Below are positions 46,291-58,546 of a stretch of 64,000 bases of DNA, piece after piece; within the stretch, counting starts at the first letter, position 1; the number at the start of each line of letters is the position of its first letter. The DNA is from Macrostomum lignano (Eukaryota): contig NIVC01000201.1 in the NCBI GenBank assembly GCA_002269645.1, forward strand, positions 124,001 through 188,000, read 5' to 3'. The translations under genes were made by a program, and so were the position numbers. The notes below the pieces were generated by a model. It did no database searches. It was not told where the DNA came from and worked only from the letters and a program-made list of their open reading frames with translations.

Positions 46291-48859
46291 ATGGAGAACG
46301 GTAGTGGCTGTCTCAACGGCTCAGGCGCTGCCGACAGCGCTGAGAAGGCGCAGCAGCAGCAGCAGTGCCCAGCAGTGCAGCTGTCCGAGCGCAATTGCGA
46401 AGCTGTCCGGGTTATCGGGCAGTACCTGCGCGAGCTCGGCTTGGCCAGGAGTGCCGAAGCCCTCGTGCTGGAGGCCGGCTGCCCGTTGGAGAGCGGCGCT
46501 GCCGCCCAGTTCCGCAGCAGCGTCCTCCTTGGCGACTGGGACGGCGCTGAGGCCAGCCTGGCCAGCCTGCGCCGGGCGCTGTGGCGTGAGTCCAGCTGGT
46601 CAGAAATTGCCTTCCGCCTGGCTGAGCAGCGCTACTTGGAACTGCTGGAGTCTGGCGCTCACATTGCCGCTCTGTGTGTACTGCGGGGCAAGCTGACCCC
46701 GTTGCAGTTCAGCCCGGACCGCCTGCACCGCCTGAGCGGCCTCATCATGTGCTCAGGCCCTGAGGAGCTCCGCCAGCTCAGCGGCTGGTCCGGCGCGGCT
46801 GGCGGCACCCGGCAGGCTCTGCTGGACTCGGTTGAGCAGTTCTTTCCGCCTAGCGTTATGCTGCCGCCTAAGCGGCTGAGCGTGCTGCTGGATCAGGCTG
46901 TGCGGGCTCAGGTGAGCACTGCGGGATTCGGTCCGAGACAAGTGGGATATTCTGGATTTCAGTTGCGTTAGTGGGGATATTTGGGATTCGGGTTGCTATC
47001 GGTGGGGGGTATTTAGGATTTGGGTTGAGATCGTTGGGGATATTTGAGATGAGATCGGTGGGTATGTTTGGGATTCGGGTTTAGATCGGTGTGGGATATT
47101 TGGGATTTGGTTTGATATCGATGGGGATATTTGGGATTCGGGTTGGGATCGGTGGGGATATTTGGGATTCGGGTTGAGATTGGTGGGGATATTTGGGATT
47201 CGGGTTGAGATCGGTGGGGATATTTGGGATTCGGGTTGAGATTGGTGGGGATATTTGGGATTCGGGTTTGATATCGATGGGGATATTTGGGATTCCGGTT
47301 GGGATCGGTGGGGATATTTGGGATTCGGGTTGGAATCGGTGGGGATATTTGGGATTCGGGTTGAGATCGGTGGGGATATTTGGGATTCGGGTTGAGATCG
47401 GTGGGGATATTTGGGATTCGGGTTGAGATCGGTGGGGATATTTGGGATTCGGGTTGAGATCGATGGGGATGTTTGGGATTCGGGTTGAGATCGATGGGTA
47501 TGTTTGGGATTCTGTTTGATTTCGTAAAAACATTTTTACAACCCCAACTCGCCATCTCAACCAGGTATCCCGCTGCCGCCATCACAACACGTCCCTGTCG
47601 CCAGACCAGCTGACCCTGCTGGCAGATCACAGCTGCCAGGCCGCGGCCAGCGTGCCATCGGTCTGCAGCCAGGTGCTGGACGCCCACCAGGACGAGGTGC
47701 ACGTGTGCCAGTTCTCCCCCAATGGCCGCTTCCTGGCCACGGGCGGTCGCGACTGCGTGGCGATCGTCTGGCTGGTGGAGGCGGCGGCGAATCCGCCCGG
47801 CGCGCCGCGGGTGCGGCACCACCTGACTCTGCGGATCGGCGAGGAGCGCGGCGGGGTGGCCTGGCTGGCCTGGTCGCCCGACAGCCGCCTGCTGCTCGCC
47901 TGCGCGGCCGAGGAGGCCACAGAAGTGATCGTCTGGGAGGCTGAGACAGGCGACTGCATCAAGAAGCTGAAGCACAGGGACGAGGACTCCCTGACCACGG
48001 CCGCTTGGCTGCCGGACTCCAATCACTTTGTTGTGGGCGGCAACCGCGGCCACTTCTACCTCTGCTCCGTGGATGTGGGATTTGAGAAGGCCTGGGATTT
48101 CATTCGAGTTGTCGCCTTGGCAACCAGGTGAGCAGGCTGGGCTATAATTTACCGCTTCCCAGATCCCCTCAGGTAGGACTGCTTAATCCGAGATACTATC
48201 AGGCTGGACTGCTTCCCAAATCCCCATACTGTGCGATGGTTACCGCTGGCAGGCGCGAAGACGACGGCGGCACGGCGGTGCTGGCTGCGGACACCTTCGC
48301 CCGAATCCGGCGGTACCGCTTCGACACCATGCAGGACGAGACTCTGTTCAGGGAGGACGGGCCCGTGATGTCCATGAGCATCAGCCAGGACGAGACTCTG
48401 TTGGCTGTCTGCGTTGCCTCGGCCGGCGTGCACCTGTGGGACCTGCGGCTGCGTGTGTGCCGGCGCCGCCTGCACGGCCTGACTCACGGCGCCTACCTGC
48501 TGCACGCCAGCATCGGCGGCCCCAACCAGGACTTCGTGGCCAGCGGCTCCCACGATGCCCGAGTCTGCGTGTGGCACCGCGGCTGTCAGGCCGGTGACGG
48601 AGCTCAGCAGCACCTGCTCCCCGATAAACTGTCCGGCCACGGCGGCCTCGTCAGCTGCGTCAGCTGGAATCCCCGGCATCACGGCATGCTGGCGTCGGCT
48701 AGCGATGACTGCACGGTGCGCATCTGGCTGCCCGCCTCCCTGGCCGCCGCCGCCCTGGCAGCTTCGGCCGATGGCACCGGCCCCGGCGGCGCTGGCTTCT
48801 CCTCCAACGGCTGCTGCTCCAGCACGGTGAGCAAGCACCAGCCGCCGCCTCTGCTGTAG
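46291..48859 (+). CDS. WDR26: WD repeat protein 26 (CTLH/GID7; LisH-CTLH-WD40); exons 46291-46911, 47565-48127, 48253-48859 (596 aa)
   Basis: LisH VRVIGQYLRELGLARSAEAL, CTLH FRSSVLLGDWD, EQRYLELLE, MLPPKRLSVLLDQA, CRHHN...LLADHSC, then WD repeats (HQDEVHVCQFSPNG, FVASGSHDARVCVW, GHGGLVSCVSWNP, LASASDDCTVRIW). Phases 0/2 are consistent. Confidence 0.93.
46925..47520. repeat. 31-bp minisatellite in WDR26 intron 1
   Basis: ggggatatttgggattcgggttgagatcggt units. Confidence 0.95.
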
Positions 48860-48879
48860 GGAGGAGGGGAAGCTGGTGA

Positions 48880-49410
48880 GAACCTGGTTATGTCTGAGAT
48901 TAGATCAATGAGAACCTGGTTATATCTGAGATTAGATCAATGAGAACCTGGTTATATCTGAGATTAGATCAATGAGAACCTGGGTTACATCTGAGAGTAG
49001 ATCAATAAGAACCTGGGTTACATCTGAGATTAGATTAATGAGAACCTGGTTACATCTGAGATTAGATCAATGAGAACCTCGTTACATCTGAGATTAGATC
49101 AATGAGAACCTCGTTACATCTGAGATTAGATCAATGAGAATCAGGTTATATCTGAGATTAGATCAATGAGAACCTGGGTATATCTGAGATTAGATCAATG
49201 AGAATCAGGTTATATCTGAGATTAGATCAATGAGAACCTGGGTATATCTAAGATTAGATCAATGAGACCCTGGTTATATCTGAGATTAGATCAATGAGAA
49301 CCTGGGTATATCTAAGATTAGATCAATGAGACCCTGGTTATATCTGAGATTAGATCAATGAGAACCTGGGTATATCTAAGATTAGATCAATGAGACCCTG
49401 GTTATATCTG
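48880..49410. repeat. 32-33-bp minisatellite after the WDR26 stop
   Basis: gagattagatcaatgagaacctggttatatct units. Confidence 0.94.
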
Positions 49411-50497
49411 GAAGCGCAAAATCTCAGCGGACGCTTGTTAACACTCTTAAATTTGTAAAAATTCTCTTGATAATTTTATTTCTGCCCTACTTAGTGAGTA
49501 GTAAGTGCCGAATATGCAAAAGATTACTAAATGGTATATTTACCTGCTTAAATTGCTTGAACTTTACCCAGCTTTACAGTGAAACACAGCTCACTGTCTG
49601 TGCTGAAGCGTTTAAGGCATGTTTTGAAGTTGAATGTAAATAAATTTATAACTATTTTGTCTTTCTGTAATTTTTAATAATTCATATTTCTTACTTACTA
49701 ATTTACCGTGAACTTGCAAGAATCCTAACATATTACTATTAGCGATGTGAATAGCTATGAAATGCTAAACTATGTCTAATTACATTACACGCGTGCCTGA
49801 CTGATTACAAATAACAGTTTTTTTTGTTATTCTGCCTGTCTTTCGGTCGTCTTGTGCGATTCGTGTTGGCTGACCTTGCAGTGGTTCTCCCACCTGACCT
49901 TTAATGTACTCTCCCAGTAATTAGTGCAGTCTGCGCTTGAGATGCTTCGCAATCTTCTGCTTTCGGCTTCGAGTCTTGTTTTGAACTTTTTTGTACTTTT
50001 GGTGGCGCGTTTTTTTGCTTTTTTTGTCTAGTTATTCTTATTTACTTCGGTAAGCCCCGTTAGAAGTCCACCTGTCTGGCCCCCTCTCACCTGTTTAATT
50101 ACCCGACTTAAACTTTGCATATCACCGGCACCTTGTACAGAGACAAGCACCCAGCAGTACCCAGTTCCTTGTCCTCTTAACTTCTCTTTTCACTGTGTGA
50201 CATTTTTCTGTATTAAAGCGATGCGTTATATATGAAGCTTCAAGACGGAACCAAAGTGACTATAATAATTAATACTATTATTTATTATTATTATTAAACT
50301 GACTCGAACGGAAAATAATTGCGCTTCTTACTCCAGGATTTTGGAAATTTTAACAAAACTTTAATTAATTGAATTCATTACAATCTGATTGTTGCTTGTG
50401 TTCCGCCTTCATTTCCTGTGCTGGCATGTGAGCTGCGGGCACCCCTGGTTCATCGCCTTCGGCGACATGGTTCCACATCCTGCGCTGACTGCAATTT

Positions 50498-50830
50498 TGC
50501 CCACTCCGCTGGCTCCTGCGCACATACAAGCATGCATGCATATTCTGGCCACTCCGCTGGCTCCTGCGCACATACAAGCATACATACATATTCTGGCCAC
50601 TCCGCTGGCTCCTGCGCACATACAAGCATGCATACATATTCTGGCCACTCCGCTGGCTCCTGCGCACATACAAGCATGCATACATATTCTGGCCACTCCG
50701 CTGGCTCCTGCGCACATACAAGCATGCATGCATATTCTGGCCACTCTGCTGGCTCCTGCGCACATACAAGCATGCATGCATATTCTGGCCACTCTGCTGG
50801 CTCCTGCGCACATACAAGCATGCATGCATA
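50498..50830. repeat. 48-bp minisatellite
   Basis: ccactccgctggctcctgcgcacatacaagcatgcatgcatattctgg, about seven copies. Confidence 0.94.
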
Positions 50831-51598
50831 CGTGAGATTGGACTCACGGCCTGGTGAAGCCTTACTGGATGCTACTAACTCAAGCCTATGGACTAAGCCA
50901 CCGCCAACCCATAGTGGAATCAGGGACGGTGCAAGGACCGAGTCCACCCAAGCCACCCCCAACGACAAAACCCGAATGTGCGCGCGAAAATAGCGGTCCG
51001 AGAGCGGAAAGACCCGAGTCTACGGAAAAGGCTAAACTATTAGAGCGAGTCTGGAAGCTTATTGCAATAGGCGAGTCTTCTATCAGGCAGGAAGACCGTC
51101 TACCTATAGGGCTGCGAGCCTCAAGGCTCTAATAAGCCAGGCCAAGGGGTTGGTGAGGGGCACAAAGGGACACCGGACTCAGCCGGTATTCCCCGATTCG
51201 GGAGGAACTCATTCCCCAGGACACCAATCCACTGTCAGTGATGAGAGCCGAGACACAATAAGCAGGATGGCTACATGGTCGGGGATTTAAAACGAAGCTA
51301 AAAGCACAAAGAAATAAAACAAAATGGGAGGAGTACAGCTGAACCCTCATTCTCACCAAGAGACAGGGACGTCCACCAATCACCAATATTGGCCCCCGAT
51401 TTGAATTGCAGCCTACGCCAGTGACCCAGTAAACTGGTGCAAAACTGCAGCTCTCAGAACTGATTCCAAATCCTTGCATACATTCTGAAAAATTCCGAAC
51501 TCATCATTCTTGTCCAGACATTTATTCAACCAGCAATGAGCTGCAGCTCCAGGGCCATCCCCACTAAGGCATCCTCTGTTGAAAGCTTGAGCTGCCTG

Positions 51599-51612
51599 GT
51601 TACCATGGCGAC
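51599..51612. promoter_or_regulatory. RFX X-box-like palindrome upstream of FReD copy 1
   Basis: GTTACCATGGCGAC versus the consensus GTTGCCATGGCAAC. Confidence 0.45.
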
Positions 51613-51900
51613 CGCAGCTATTGCATATTTCTGCCTCAGGGCTTTTATTACATTGGCCTGCTGTGCGACTGCGGATTGAATTTTGCAAATGCTGGAGATA
51701 CCACGGCAGAGTCAGCTTAGCTGGTGAGTGTTGAGCACGGGGCATGAGCTGGGCCTCCGCTATCTGGGGCCGCCCTCTCCCTCTGCCCTCTTCACCGCCA
51801 TCGCCTTCCGCCCTCTGAAAGAAGTTCTTTTACTGAAAACCAGCAGGGGAAAACCGCAGTGAGGTGACGGCTTTCAGCCACTACTCCACATTCTGAGCAA

Positions 51901-52607
51901 ATGCAGCTCCAACCCGCTCGTCAAGTCGCTCTGCTGCTGCTGCTGCTCGCTGCAGTCCCGCGTCACGTAACCGAAGCCGGTTCCTCCGTGCAGTGCAGAC
52001 GCGGTATTCCAGTCGCGAGAGCCTCTCCGACTACGAGGCCGTGAGGTCGCGTTCGGCTAGGAATGAGTTCGACTGCGCACTTTCACTACTGGATCGGTGA
52101 GTGCATCCCAGATCTGCTCCATTCGCTTCCTTTTCCAACTCGGACTTAAATGACAAACACCGCTATGACATCCGCATCTTCCCAGGCCTGAACTCTCTCC
52201 ACGCTCTCACTGCTTCTGGTCCTCGGAAGCTGAGGATCCTGATGAAGGCGTGGAACGACTCTGAGCATTGGGCTGAGTACTCCAGCTTCTCCGTGGGTCC
52301 CGAGTCGGACAACTACCGGCTGAGCGTGTCCGGCTTCTCCGGCAGCGCCGGCATCGGCGACTGCTTCACAAGTCACAGCGGCATGCAGTTCACCACGAAG
52401 GACGCCGATCACGACACCAGGACTGGCAACTGCGCAACGGATTATATAGGTGCCTGGTGGTTCACCAACTGTCACTGCTCCAACCTGAACGGAGAGTACA
52501 AGAACTCATCTGAAGCTATCGGAGGTGTCTACGCAGAGGGAGTCATTTGGAGGCTACCTTTTGGCAACCACTACTCATTGATGGAGATCGAGATGCTGCT
52601 TCTGTAG
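51901..52607 (+). pseudogene. Disabled tandem copy of the FReD gene
   Basis: Near-identical to 54455-55479, but a 5-nt TGCAG duplication gives TGA at 52042-52044, and about 323 bp (equivalent to 54634-54956) are deleted. The 3' exon remains open. Confidence 0.85.
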
Positions 52608-52884
52608 CAGCACCCGCGTTGTAGCATGGAAGTTTCCGCCGCTGCAACTTGCAAAATCGAGCACTCAAGCAGCTTCTAAACAACTTTGAGGTTTCCTAAA
52701 AAGTTTTTCAAACCGATAATTTTGTTGCACCGCAAAGAAATCCGTCAGATGAAGCGCTGGATACTGATAATCAAAATACACAACAAAATCCCCTCTGCAT
52801 TCAGACGCGATGGACTCCGAGCTTTACTTTTTTGCCAGAGAACTTCTGCACGGAATCGCATTCGAAAGTTGGGAAAACAGGGAG

Positions 52885-53135
52885 CAACTCTAATCTCACC
52901 CCAATCCAATCTCATCCCAATCCAATCTCATCCCAATCTAATCTCAATCTAATCCTCCCAATCTAATCCAATCCCACCACCAATCCAATCCCACCCCAAT
53001 CCAATCTCACCCCAATCCAATCCCTACCCAATCCAATCTCACCCAATCCAATCCCTACCCAATCCAATCCCACCCCAATCCAATCTCACCCAATCCAATC
53101 TCACGCCAATCCAATCTCACCCCAATCCAATCTTC
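52885..53135. repeat. CCAAT-based microsatellite (short copy)
   Basis: cccaatccaatctca units; part of the FReD duplication block. Confidence 0.92.
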
Positions 53136-53426
53136 CGTTTTCCAATGGGAGTTTAGGGCACGGTTTCAAGCGCAGTCTTGATCTGTTCAATTGCTGAGCC
53201 TGGTCACACAGGGAAGACGGGGAAGACATCGCAATATGGGCAGACCTTTGGTTTCCAACCGAAAGGTGACCTCTTATCCAGTTTCTAGTTTTTATCCCTA
53301 GCCTCTCGGTGTCACAGGCTGCATAAAAATTCTGCAGGGAGGGAGGAGGATTTTGCGGTGGGTTGCCGCCATCAGCTGCGCCTCAGCTATCCAAGCCGGA
53401 CTCAGCGCCTGAGATAGAGCTGCTTG

Positions 53427-53440
53427 GTTGCCATGGCGAC
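53427..53440. promoter_or_regulatory. RFX X-box-like palindrome
   Basis: GTTGCCATGGCGAC, in a diverged copy of the same upstream element. Confidence 0.45.
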
Positions 53441-54202
53441 CGCTGTGTGACTGCGGACTGAGTTTTTCGAATGCTGCGAGATAACGACAGAGTCTACTTA
53501 GCTGGTCAGTCTTTTGAGCACGGAGCATAAGCTGGGCCTCCACCCTATACACCGTCCTCTTCTCCCACTAGCTCCCATCTCCTCTCTCCCTCCAAATGTA
53601 CCAACGACTACAAAAAAGACTCATTTTTCTAAAATGAAAAATCCCTCACCGACAATTTCTGCCAGCCACAATGTCAACAACAACACAGCTTTTACTCGTG
53701 AAGTTTTTATTCAGAACTTTTTATTCCATTTTGTTGTCTCCCCAGCGGCAGATACGGCTACTGTCAGAATTCTAAGCAACGGACTGAAGCATAAAGCGAG
53801 TTCTATGGGGGGGGGGTTGGGAGACGCGGTGCTGCAGGCTCTGCTTTCACTTTTCCTTGATTTTGCATGCAGCTTGCGGGAGCGCAGGCAGCTTCAACTG
53901 CTCTGTGCACCGGACCGAGACGCTGCCCCGGGGGCGGCTGTTTGAGAGGCCCATGGGTGAATGAATATGGATAAAGCTCGATTGTTCTGGCCTTGTATTG
54001 TCCTATGCTTCTGCATCATCCATCCATGCTGGACCTGCATGGTGGGTTGGGCCTGCATGCAGCAACTCTGTGAAACAACAGCAACCAACTGCCGGACTCA
54101 GTGCCTTCGAATGCAGCCTGCCTGAGTTCAATGAGCTGCAGTCGGTTTCAAGGCTCACTGCCTCTGAGAGAGGCACCCTCTGTTGAAAGTTAGAGCAACC
54201 TG

Positions 54203-54216
54203 GTTACCATGGCGAC
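54203..54216. promoter_or_regulatory. RFX X-box-like palindrome upstream of the intact FReD gene
   Basis: GTTACCATGGCGAC, about 240 bp before the ATG. Confidence 0.5.
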
Positions 54217-54454
54217 CGAAGTAAAAGCAGGATTTCTGCCTCGGGGCTTTTATATTGGCTTGCAACGTCTGCCTCCGTGACTGTGGGCTGAATTTTGCGA
54301 AATCCGAGATATCACAGCAGAGTCAAGATAGTTGCTAAGTTTTGAGCACCTTTACATCCACTGTCTCCCTCCGAAAACGCTTTTAACTGAAAATCAGCAG
54401 GGGAAAACCGCAGTGAGGTGACGGCTTTCACCCACTATTCCACATTCTGAGCAA

Positions 54455-55479
54455 ATGCAGCTTCAACTCGCTCGTCAAGTCGCTCTGCTGCTGCTGCTGC
54501 TCGCTGCAGTCCCGCGTCACGTGACCGAAGCCGCTTCCTCTGTGCAGACGTGGCATTCCAGTCGTGAGAGCCTCTCCGACTACGAGGCCGTGAGGTCGCG
54601 TTCGGCTAGGAATGGGTTCGACTGTGCGATTTCAGCGAGCGGCGACTCCACTGTGCAGCTGGCGGCGTTCAACGCCAGCTCCAGCCTGTGCGCTCTCTTC
54701 AGGTGTCGCCTGGGCCTGAGCCACTGCAGGAAGTGCCGCAATGCGAACAAGGGAGCTCAGCGAGTGTGGGTGAGTCACTCAGTTCGATGTGTCAGCGTTA
54801 CGGTCACTTTAAACCAGAGTAAGCACACCTGTGTCACCTTGCAGACAGCCCACAGTGACTGCTGGACCACCGTGCAGCACAGGGTGTCTGGCTCAGTGGA
54901 CTTTTACCGCAACTGGACTCAGTACCAGAGCGAGTTCGGCGAGGGACCCGACGGAAACTACTGGATCGGTGAGTGCATCCCAGATCTGCTCCATTCGCTT
55001 CCTTTTCCAACTCGGACTTGAATGACAAACACCGCCATGACATCCGCATCTTCCCAGGCCTGAACTCTCTCCACGCTCTCACTGCTTCTGGTCCTCGGAA
55101 GCTGAGGATCCTGATGAAGGCGTGGAACGACTCTGAGCATTGGGCTGAGTACTCCAGCTTCTCCGTGGGTCCTGAGTCGGACAACTACCGGCTGAGCGTG
55201 TCCGGCTTCTCCGGCAGCGCCGGCATCGGCGACTGCTTCACAAGTCACAGCGGCATGCAGTTCACCACGAAGGACGCCGATCACGACACCAGGACTGGCA
55301 ACTGCGCAACGGATTATATAGGTGCCTGGTGGTTCAACAACTGTCACTGCTCCAACCTGAACGGAGAGTACAAGAACTCATCTGAAGCTATCGGAGGTGT
55401 CTACGCAGAGGGAGTCATTTGGAGGCTACCTTTTGGCAACTACTACTCGTTGATGGAGATCGAGATGCTGCTTCTGTAG
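54455..55479 (+). CDS. Secreted fibrinogen-related domain (FReD) protein with Cys-rich, possibly PAN-like N-terminus; intron 54969-55057, possible in-frame 75-nt intron 54770-54844
   Basis: Hydrophobic signal VALLLLLLAAVP; WTTVQHRVSGSVDFYRNWTQYQSEFG, YWIG|LNSLHALT, YSSFSVGPESDNYRL, HSGMQFTTKDADHD, NCA...GAWWFNNCHCSNLNG. The phase 1 junction is correct. Confidence 0.88.
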
Positions 55480-55759
55480 CAGCACCCGCGTTGTAGCATG
55501 GAAGTTTCCGCCGCTGCAACTTGCAAAATCGAGCACTCAAGCAGCTTCTAAACAACTTTGAGGTTTCCTAAAAAGTTTTTCAAACCGATAATTTGTTGCA
55601 CCGCAAAGAAATCCGTCAGATGAAGCGCTGGATACTGATAATCAAAATACACAACAAAATCCCCTCTGCATTCAGACGCGATGGACTCCGAGCTTTACTT
55701 TTTTGCCAGAGAACTTCTGCACGGAATCGCATTCGAAAGTTGGGAAAACAGGGAGCAAC

Positions 55760-57195
55760 TCTAATCTCACCCCAATCCAATCTCATCCCAATCCAATCTC
55801 ATCCCAATCTAATCTCACCCAAATCCAATCTCACCCCAATCAAATCTCACACCAGTCTAATCTCATCCCAATCCAATCTCATCCCAATGTAATCTCACCC
55901 AAATCCAATCCCTACCCAATCCAATCTCACCCAATCCAATCCCACCACCAATCCAATCTCACCTCAATCCAATCCCTACCCAATCCAATCTCACCCAATC
56001 CAATCTCATCCCAATCTACATGTAATCTCACCCAAATCCAATCTCACCCAATCCAATCTCACCCCAATCAAATATCACCCAATCCAATCTCACCCAATCC
56101 AATCCCACCACCAATCCAATCCCACCACCAATCCAATCCCACCCCAATCCAATCTCACCCCAATCCAATCCCTACCCAATCCAATCTCACCCAATCCAAT
56201 CTCATCCCAATCTACATGTAATCTCACCCAAATCCAATCTCACCCAATCCAATCTCACCCCAATCAAATATCACCCAATCCAATCTCACCCAATCCAATC
56301 CCACCACCAATCCAATCCCACCACCAATCCAATCCCACCCCAATCCAATCTCACCCAATCCAATCCCATCCCAATCCAATCTCACCCCAATCCAATCTCA
56401 CCCCAATCCAATCCCTACCCAATCCAATCTCACCCAATCCAATCTCATCCCAATCTACATGTAATCTCACCCAAATCCAATCTCACCCAATCCAATCTCA
56501 CCTCAATCCAATCTCACCCCAATCCAATCTCACCCAATCCAATCTCACCTCAATCCAATCTCACCTCAATCCAATCTCACCCCAATCCAATCTCACCCCA
56601 ATCAAATATCACCCAATCCAATCTCACCCCAATCAAATATCACCCAATCCAATCTCACCTTAATCAAACAGGCTGAACATAGCAGCTCCCATGACTTCCC
56701 TTTCTCTCATGACCCCCATTTACCCATAACTCCAATGACCTCTATGACCTCCACAAATCCCATGACCTCCATGACCCTCATGACCCCTATGTCTTCCCCA
56801 ACTCCGAAGACTCCCATTACTCTTATGACCCCCTGACTCCTATGACTCCCACGACCCCCATAACTCCCATGACCCATGACTCTAATGACTCCCATGACTT
56901 TCACGACTCCTATAACTCCCATGAACACCATGACCCCATGACCCCATGACCACATGACTCCCATGACCTCATGACCTCATGACACATGACCCCATGACCT
57001 CATGACCCTATGACCTCCCCGACTCCCATGACTTTCATGACACCCATAACCCCATGACCCCATGACCCCATGACCCCATGACCCCATGACCCCATGACCC
57101 CATGACCTCATGACCCCATGATCCCATGACCCCATGACCCCATTACCCCATGACCCTATGACCCCACGACCCTATGACCCCATGACCCTATGACT
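55760..57195. repeat. CCAAT-based repeat (55760-56665) followed by (CATGACCC)n (56700-57195)
   Basis: Direct reading of the sequence. Confidence 0.94.
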
Positions 57196-57882
57196 CCCAT
57201 TCTATCAAAATGGTTATTTCTTCGCTTGCGCGAACTGATTGCCAGAAATGGACAAGATTGGCGAGGTGCCTCTTCCACACCGATCTGCTTTTATAAGAAT
57301 TGTCTCCTTGCTTTACTTAAGAATAAAAATGAAGCTAAGGGCTCTCTGCTACACGTGACACCTGACTATCGATAGTCATTGGAGCCCCAGTGTCTGCCAG
57401 CCAGGAGTGCTTGCATGTTGATCAGGTGCTAGAAGTGAGTCATGTGAAAAACGACCCGCAAACAGCTGGTAACTAAGACACTCAAAAACCATCCATCCGG
57501 GCTAAAAAATTGAATGCGTTTAAAAAAATAGGTTCTATATGCCTGTGGCAATAACCATAAAAGGTTCATTTTCAGCTTTTTATTTCACCTTTACAGTACA
57601 TTTGTGCGTACAAAACGATGGCAATTAAGGCAGATGAAGCAAAGAGGGATTTGATAATACAGAATCATGAGTTCACCAGGAAATCTAATTAAAAGCATGC
57701 TCAAACTTGAAGGCTCTCCATAGCAGCGCTCAATAAGGCTCAATTTCGTAGTTCGCCTACTGATAAGTAGCAACCATGGAGTTTTGTGCGAAATGACTTC
57801 ATCTCTCTGTGCAGGCGCTCAGATACCAAGTGGTCTGAGATTGTGCTGCTTAAAATCGGTTTGTTCAAACAAGCGATCCTCG

Positions 57883-58436
57883 CTACTGACAGTAGGCGGC
57901 AAACGCGTCGTGAAACTGGCGGGTGCTGAGCTGCCCTCGGGCCACGCCGAAGCAGCGGAAGGCGCCCTGAATCGCCTGCGCCGGGCCGCGCACCAGCCCG
58001 ATGGACAGCGAGTGCCGCAGTGCCGCCCGCTGCTCCGGCCTGCTGGCCAGTCTGTCACGGAATCGGTACACCGCGGCAGCGGGCGCCCTGGCTCCGTTGA
58101 TGTGCACCGTCTGGTGGCCGCTGGAGTCCGTGGCGATGCCGACGCGGTTCCATGCGCCGGGCCGCGGGTCCAGCAGCGGCTGGGAGGCCTGGCCGACGGC
58201 GTACCCGCCAGCCAGGTTGTGCAGCCGGGTGTAAACCGAGTCCTGCTGACCCGTTCTGGAGACGCTGGTCCAGGCCAGCGCTGAGCAGGCCTTCGGGTTG
58301 TTGTTTGCGTGCAGAGAGAACAGGCTGGCCCTGCGGTGGCTGCCGCTGGTGCGGAGCATGAAGAACACGCTCCACCGGCTGCCGAAGCGCATGTGCTCTG
58401 AAGGAGGCGAAGTTAGTAAGTAAGTAAGTAACTAAG

Positions 58437-58499
<63 letters not shown>

Positions 58500-58504
58500 T
58501 TAAT

Positions 58505-58546
<42 letters not shown>

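Noticed and set aside
47013-48838. Minus-strand ORFs of 346 and 229 aa
   Set aside because: Antisense to WDR26 and partly minisatellite-derived.
50830-51480. Possible retroelement gag/leader fragment
   Set aside because: No LTR pair, primer-binding site or recognisable gag/pol motif was found.
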